DNA from: a virus
Lineage: Duplodnaviria > Caudoviricetes
IMG/VR virus record: IMGVR_UViG_3300037459_000208
Span: 1 to 59,994 of that record
Reading direction: 5' to 3' (one strand)
Length of the DNA: 59,994 nucleotides
The translations under genes and the position numbers were made by a program. The notes below the pieces were generated by a model. The model did no database searches. It was not told where the DNA came from and worked only from the letters and a program-made list of their open reading frames with translations. Position 1 is the first letter of the stretch. Each line of letters begins with the position of its first letter. This document shows, piece by piece, positions 55,386-59,994 of the stretch.

Positions 55386-56476
55386 ACTACCTCCCATCGG
55401 AGTGTGTCAACGCCTGAAACCTGACACAGTTTTCGGAAAGCCATTGCGTAAACGAACGGGACCTGTCCGTCCCCAAGGGCTTCAATGCGCTCCACTCGGT
55501 CGGCCACCCCATGAGCCACTCTACCCAAGTCGGGTTCAGCGGGCCACCTGGGATGACTTCCTTCAGGTCTCGACCGCGACGCGCCAGAAGTTTCTCCCGA
55601 TCCTTGAATGCCCCGCCCGTACCGTCGCTTCTCTTCGGTGTCGGGAAGCTCTCGGCGTAAGGCTTGCGGAGCACGCCGTTCCCCGCCGTCCGGGCTTGCT
55701 CCTGATCCTGGATCGTCAGCATCGAAGCGGTGGGGGTTGGGAACCCTTTTCTCCTCAGACGCAGAGCGTCTGACTCCCGGATACCAATTACCGCCCCGAG
55801 GAGAGTCAGATTTCCCCTCTGATGTATCCTCGATGTTCCGGCGTCTGCCTTCTTCGGGGTGGGCCATCTCCTCGACATCGTCTCCAGGCTTGGCCTCCCC
55901 CGGCTCGCCACGTTGTTCCCCGTTCCATTCCCCGAGCTCCCGTACCTCGCGACGGAAGGGGTCGGGAACTCCGCGACGTGTGGCCAAGATCCAGAGGCGG
56001 TCCCTTTGGTGAGGGGCGCCGACGGAGGACGCTGAAATGCAATCCCAGACCGCATCATACCCGCTCTCGGCCAGGTCTCCGAGAATTCGTCCAAAGTACC
56101 AGTGAGCAAGGAGAGCTGGTACGTTCTCCAGGAAGACGATTCCCGGTCGTACTTCGCGAATGACCCGAATGGTGTCGGGCCACATGTTTCGACTGTCGTC
56201 CTCGCCTCGTCGCTTTCCGGCGGCGGAGAACGGCTGGCAGGGGAATCCTCCGCTGATGATGTCGACTCGTCCGCGCCATTTGGTCCCGTCGAATTGGCGG
56301 ACGTCTCCGAATATCGGGAATTCGGGGAGGAATCCGCCCCGTTGGCGAGCTCGGAGTACGTCCTGGCGGTACTGGATCCACTCGACGGCGCAGACGCACC
56401 GTTGCCCGATGAGCAACCCGCCGAGGATTCCGCCGCCAGCCCCGGCGAAAAGTTCAAGCGTCCGTTTTCCATTCAC
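55382..56476 (-). CDS. dcm: DNA cytosine-5 methyltransferase, alpha polypeptide (motifs I-VIII, X)
   Basis: ELFAGAGG, GGFPCQ, LENV, PHQRDR, RIEALGDGQVP. Confidence 0.95.
   Translation of the reverse strand: MNGKRTLELFAGAGGGILGGLLIGQRCVCAVEWIQYRQDVLRARQRGGFLPEFPIFGDVRQFDGTKWRGRVDIISGGFPCQPFSAAGKRRGEDDSRNMWPDTIRVIREVRPGIVFLENVPALLAHWYFGRILGDLAESGYDAVWDCISASSVGAPHQRDRLWILATRRGVPDPFRREVRELGEWNGEQRGEPGEAKPGDDVEEMAHPEEGRRRNIEDTSEGKSDSPRGGNWYPGVRRSASEEKRVPNPHRFDADDPGSGASPDGGERRAPQALRRELPDTEEKRRYGRGIQGSGETSGASRSRPEGSHPRWPAEPDLGRVAHGVADRVERIEALGDGQVPFVYAMAFRKLCQVSGVDTLRWEVV
55387..56472 (-). CDS. Cytosine MTase beta polypeptide in the overlapping frame (motif IX)
   Basis: 361 open codons; four (F/W)PTP repeats; LNPTWVEWLMGWP. 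Confidence 0.75.
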   Translation of the reverse strand: MENGRLNFSPGLAAESSAGCSSGNGASAPSSGSSTARTYSELANGADSSPNSRYSETSANSTGPNGADESTSSAEDSPASRSPPPESDEARTTVETCGPTPFGSFAKYDRESSSWRTYQLSLLTGTLDEFSETWPRAGMMRSGIAFQRPPSAPLTKGTASGSWPHVAEFPTPSVARYGSSGNGTGNNVASRGRPSLETMSRRWPTPKKADAGTSRIHQRGNLTLLGAVIGIRESDALRLRRKGFPTPTASMLTIQDQEQARTAGNGVLRKPYAESFPTPKRSDGTGGAFKDREKLLARRGRDLKEVIPGGPLNPTWVEWLMGWPTEWSALKPLGTDRSRSFTQWLSENCVRFQALTHSDGR

Positions 56477-56931
56477 TACTCGCCCGATCTTTCCCGCCGG
56501 ATTCCGCGTAGGCTGTCATCGCCAAACTTAAAAGCGTCCCATCTCCCGCGGCAGACGTCGACCTGGTGTTGTTCGAACGTCACGAACGAGCGCAGCTTCC
56601 TTCTTTCTTGCCGCGCCCACTCAATCTTCCCCTCAAGGTCGACGACGTGAGCCAGGCAACCGCCTTCGATCTCCGTTCGGATCACGGCCTTGTCTTCCTC
56701 GCACGCCTTCGCTTCTTCCGTCAGCCGGTTGACCGAGTCGTTAGCAAGGACGTATCTCGTCTGTTCGTCGCCAAGGTCTCTGCCGAGATTCGCCACCTCT
56801 TCCTCGAGAGATGCCACCTCAGCTTCCAGGGTTCCGACAAGGTCGGGGTCGGAGCCGGCGCAACCCCCAAGGGTCAGAGCCAAAAGTGGAAAGATAAACG
56901 CTATCCAATTAGTTTCCATTTTTCGTTGCAT
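56476..56931 (-). CDS. Coiled-coil lipoprotein
   Basis: Lipobox LGGC; heptad repeats; AAGGAG RBS. Confidence 0.75.
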   Translation of the reverse strand: MQRKMETNWIAFIFPLLALTLGGCAGSDPDLVGTLEAEVASLEEEVANLGRDLGDEQTRYVLANDSVNRLTEEAKACEEDKAVIRTEIEGGCLAHVVDLEGKIEWARQERRKLRSFVTFEQHQVDVCRGRWDAFKFGDDSLRGIRRERSGE

Positions 56932-56969
56932 CGGTTTCTCCTTGCTTGCTTGTGTTTATGGACCGGGGT

Positions 56970-57248
56970 TTACCACGACACCACTTCAATCGTCGATTGA
57001 CCACTCGGAGAGTAAAGCCTGATTTCGCCACCGCGACCGGATACTTGATCACGAACCATGTCGAGCGCGTTCAGGCGGTCCACGGGAGTCCCTCCGGCCT
57101 GCGCCCACTCGAGGGACGCGCGAACGTCAAAGGTTTCGACCCACAAGAGAGGCTTGCCCTGAGTATCGACCGAGACCCAAAAGTCCGCGGAAGAAAAAGT
57201 GTCCCCTTCGCGCCGGTACTGGGCGATGACTTGCAGTCCACAGATCAT
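56970..57248 (-). CDS. Hypothetical protein
   Basis: ATGA coupling. Confidence 0.55.
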   Translation of the reverse strand: MICGLQVIAQYRREGDTFSSADFWVSVDTQGKPLLWVETFDVRASLEWAQAGGTPVDRLNALDMVRDQVSGRGGEIRLYSPSGQSTIEVVSW

Positions 57249-57958
57249 TTCTTATCTGACCACCATTTGAGAACTGCGTCAAACTCATCACTGATACCCG
57301 GCGCGCGCTCGTCAATCGCGCCGGCCAGCTCTCCGAAAAGTACCATGACTTCTCGCGTGACGATCAATTGGGTTGCCGCGTCCAACCCTAGAAGCTTGCT
57401 GAGGCGAGCGCTGATTTTCTCCAACCTGTCAATGCATTGAAGCCTCAGCTCTGGGTTGTCCTTTGCCGACAAGAGTATCGCAGTCACAATCCTGGTGCGA
57501 TCCTCCGCCCGTGCCGTTTCGATGTCCGTCCACTTTTCGATAAAGCCTTCTGTGTCAGCTGCCCATTTCCTAAGAACCTTCGCCTTCATGCGGCAAGCCG
57601 CTGCGGCTGATAGGCCCGGGTTATCGTTGGCAATCTGTCTTAGAGTGAGACCAGACAGGGTTCCCTCCCAGACGATCAATTCGTGCTTCTTCCTGATAGC
57701 CTTTCGCTGAGCCTTCAAAGCGTTTTGGTGGTCTGAGGCTTTCGGGTCAATGTCTCCTGTTGTTCGGTGGTGCCGCTCGTTCCACGCTTTCTCCACCCTC
57801 GTGAAGATTGCTTCGAGCTCATCGGGCTCAACATTCAGATCGTCCGCAAGGTTGTAGATTGCTCTCCCGGGCGACGATGCAAACCTGACCACATTCGTGA
57901 CCTGATTGTTGCCGATTGCGCTATCTTCGATTGCTGTTCTTTCGTTTTCCATGTTCAC
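57245..57958 (-). CDS. HTH protein of terminase-small-subunit type (copy B)
   Basis: LSGLTLRQIA...LSAAAACR HTH; CIDRLEKISARLSKLLGLDA; C-terminus shared with 57955..58452. Confidence 0.7.
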   Translation of the reverse strand: MNMENERTAIEDSAIGNNQVTNVVRFASSPGRAIYNLADDLNVEPDELEAIFTRVEKAWNERHHRTTGDIDPKASDHQNALKAQRKAIRKKHELIVWEGTLSGLTLRQIANDNPGLSAAAACRMKAKVLRKWAADTEGFIEKWTDIETARAEDRTRIVTAILLSAKDNPELRLQCIDRLEKISARLSKLLGLDAATQLIVTREVMVLFGELAGAIDERAPGISDEFDAVLKWWSDKK

Positions 57959-58452
57959 TTATTACTGGCCATCCATTCCATGACTGCGTCAAACTTCTCT
58001 TTAATCTCCGGTGCGCGCTCATCAATCGCCGCAGCTATTTCTCGAAAGACATCACCGGCCATGATGTGCGCTTCAATGGTCAAACGATCCTTCTTGCCCC
58101 AACGCTCTGGATATTTCCTTTCGAGGAAGGTCATTGCCGCTTGCCACGAGTCGTCCATGTGGACACGTACTTTCGACACCGCGTATTCCTCGGCGGTCGC
58201 AATGGCTTCTTTTACGTCCTCAAAGAACTCTAGATAAATTAGCTCTCCGTCTGGGACCCTTTTCCCCGAATTTCTCAGGGCCAAGGCTTCCTCTCCTCTC
58301 CCCTTCCAGTTGAAATAGGTCTGCTCGGATATAGCCGATTTCATCCACGCGATATTCTCGTAATTTCCTTCTTTGATGATGTCTACGATCTTATCGTGGC
58401 GTTGCCGGGTAAGCCGGGTCGGCTGTCCGGGTCCTCGTTTTTTCTTAGCCAT
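57955..58452 (-). CDS. terS: Terminase small subunit (copy A)
   Basis: GQPTRLT...IVDIIKEGNY...ISEQTYFNW...YLEFFEDVKEA...WQAAMTFLERKYPERWG. Confidence 0.8.
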   Translation of the reverse strand: MAKKKRGPGQPTRLTRQRHDKIVDIIKEGNYENIAWMKSAISEQTYFNWKGRGEEALALRNSGKRVPDGELIYLEFFEDVKEAIATAEEYAVSKVRVHMDDSWQAAMTFLERKYPERWGKKDRLTIEAHIMAGDVFREIAAAIDERAPEIKEKFDAVMEWMASNK

Positions 58453-58608
58453 GATTCCTCCGGTGGGTTGAAGCGCTTGGCCATGGCAGGGATTGACGCG
58501 TCAGAACTTCGTCCCATTCACCACGAAGTCCGCAGTCCATACACCTGCGTCCTTCGCAAGTGTGGACGATCCTGTCGAGCGGATGAGGGCAGTGCTTTTG
58601 ATCCCCGG

Positions 58609-58812
58609 TCATTTCTTGTCCGCCATTTCCCCCGCGGCCAAATCTTCCGCGATAGACGAAACGCTGTATCCCGACCTACCGGACTTGTCAATCAACATAG
58701 CAATCCTGGCCGATAAAGGAAGCGGTGCTCTTGACGGGAATGAGACTCCACAGTAAAGACACCTGCGGTTGCTGTAGTCGCCAGTCCTTTGACAGTCTGC
58801 ACATTTGATCAT
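58609..58812 (-). CDS. Small zinc-finger protein
   Basis: CADC...CLYC. Confidence 0.55.
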   Translation of the reverse strand: MIKCADCQRTGDYSNRRCLYCGVSFPSRAPLPLSARIAMLIDKSGRSGYSVSSIAEDLAAGEMADKK

Positions 58813-59162
58813 TTCTTCGTTCCTTTCGGGTACGGTATTCTTGGACATCCGGCGCAAACTCCCCACGAGTCGAGCTCCCTGTCCCTATCGCAGATGATGC
58901 ACCGGACGACCCTTCTCATCGCACAGACCTCTTTAAGTGGCGACGGACCGCCTCGAGGACGTCGCTGTCTTGCGTCTGGTCCAGGCAGTCGAGGCACATC
59001 CACCGGACGTCAAGAGGATCGCCCCGGAACGCTGCGCCGTACAGACGAACCGACGGAATCCCCGGCCAAGTAATCTTCCTGCACGGGAAAGCGTTGCAAG
59101 GCTGCGCCGATCTACGACATACGATCGAAGCAGAAATGATCAAAACGTGCTTCCCGGGTTCT

Positions 59163-59357
59163 TCATGGTGTCCTCGGTCCAAGAAGCACGGCGAGACGCT
59201 TCATCATTTCCCGTCCTTTGACATTGTTTCGCCACGCCGATCTCCGATCCTCTTCGGCGGATCCCGAAGTTGCCGTTTGTAACCGGCGCCCACATTCCAA
59301 ACAATTGACGTCCTTGAATCCGGCCGCCAGCGCGCCCTCTCGCATAACACTTCTCAT
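59163..59357 (-). CDS. Small CxxC protein
   Basis: ATGA overlap with the initiator stop. Confidence 0.5.
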   Translation of the reverse strand: MRSVMREGALAAGFKDVNCLECGRRLQTATSGSAEEDRRSAWRNNVKGREMMKRLAVLLGPRTP

Positions 59358-59994
59358 GGCGCTGTCCATCCGGTCGGCCTTCCGTCGTCGCCAAGTTGGT
59401 AGGTGTAGCCGACGTAGAGCGGGCTGACGTCATCCGGGTCGTTGTGCGGTCCGTAGTGGGCGAGGTCGCATCTCATGCAATTGGTCGGCATCACGAGCCC
59501 TGGCGTCTCGACGGCCTCGCCGCACGTTCCACAGTCCCCGTTTCCCGCCGCCTTCGCGTAGTCCGTGGCGCCGCCGGCCGCCACCAGCTCGGCGCGATCC
59601 TTGGCTCGGTCGATGACGATCGTTGGGGTGATCGTCCGCCAGGCGCCGGCGATTGCCAGCCGGTAGACGTCGACGACGAACGCCCCGTAGGTGGGGACGA
59701 GCTTCGCCAGCAGTGTCAGCTCCGCCTTCCAGGAGGCGGCCGGCTTGGCAGGTCCTGGCATCGTGGTCATGCGGTCGCGCAGCAGGTCGACGGTGAGGCC
59801 GACCTCGGCGAGCGATTGTGGGATCCGGATCTCCCCCGGGTCCGGATTCTTCTCTCCACTTCCACCCGGGGGGGGAGGGGTCTCTTTCCCTCTCCCTCTG
59901 ATCTTTATCTCCCTCTGCATCTCCTTCTGCTTAGGTCCACTTTTGTCCACACAGTCCACAGAGTCCACGGGGGTGTCAACAGGGCTGTCCACAG
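59354..59994 (-). CDS. Replication initiator-like protein, 3' part
   Basis: Continues 524..1; VDSP repeats; helical domain ending AIAGAWRTI; C-terminal CxxC...CxxC. Confidence 0.8.
   Translation of the reverse strand, partial: VDSPVDTPVDSVDCVDKSGPKQKEMQREIKIRGRGKETPPPPGGSGEKNPDPGEIRIPQSLAEVGLTVDLLRDRMTTMPGPAKPAASWKAELTLLAKLVPTYGAFVVDVYRLAIAGAWRTITPTIVIDRAKDRAELVAAGGATDYAKAAGNGDCGTCGEAVETPGLVMPTNCMRCDLAHYGPHNDPDDVSPLYVGYTYQLGDDGRPTGWTAP
59868..59994. repeat. Terminal direct repeat, copy 2
   Basis: Identical to 1-127. Confidence 0.97.

Noticed and set aside
1-59994. Diversity-generating retroelement, retron, tRNA genes or alternative genetic code
   Set aside because: No reverse transcriptase motifs, no TR/VR pair or cloverleaf seen; core genes are intact in code 11.

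Overview
The window looks like the complete circular assembly (about 59,867 bp unique; bases 1-127 repeat exactly at 59868-59994) of a high-GC, long-tailed dsDNA phage with siphovirus-like gene content. It has an HK97-type head (TerL, portal, prohead protease, major capsid), a tail tube, a frameshifted tail chaperone and a 2189-aa tape measure. It also encodes RecE/RecT, an SF2 helicase, a RuvC-like resolvase, adenine/N4 and cytosine methyltransferases, two HNH nucleases and an iteron-containing replication initiator that spans the contig junction. I recognise no integrase, DNA polymerase, tRNA, CRISPR array or endolysin. The strongest leads are: (1) two tandem terminase-small-subunit-like genes with dissimilar N-terminal parts but one shared C-terminal module; (2) an HNH gene lying between a dead 15-codon DUF5131 5' stub and an intact DUF5131 gene with a different 5' end; (3) a cytosine MTase encoded in two fully overlapping frames; (4) host-like exported or lipoprotein cargo, one protein suggesting an Acidobacteriota (Thermoanaerobaculia) host; (5) two 11/12-bp repeat arrays, several structured intergenic RNA candidates and many leaderless promoters. 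All family calls come from motif recognition by eye; no searches were run.
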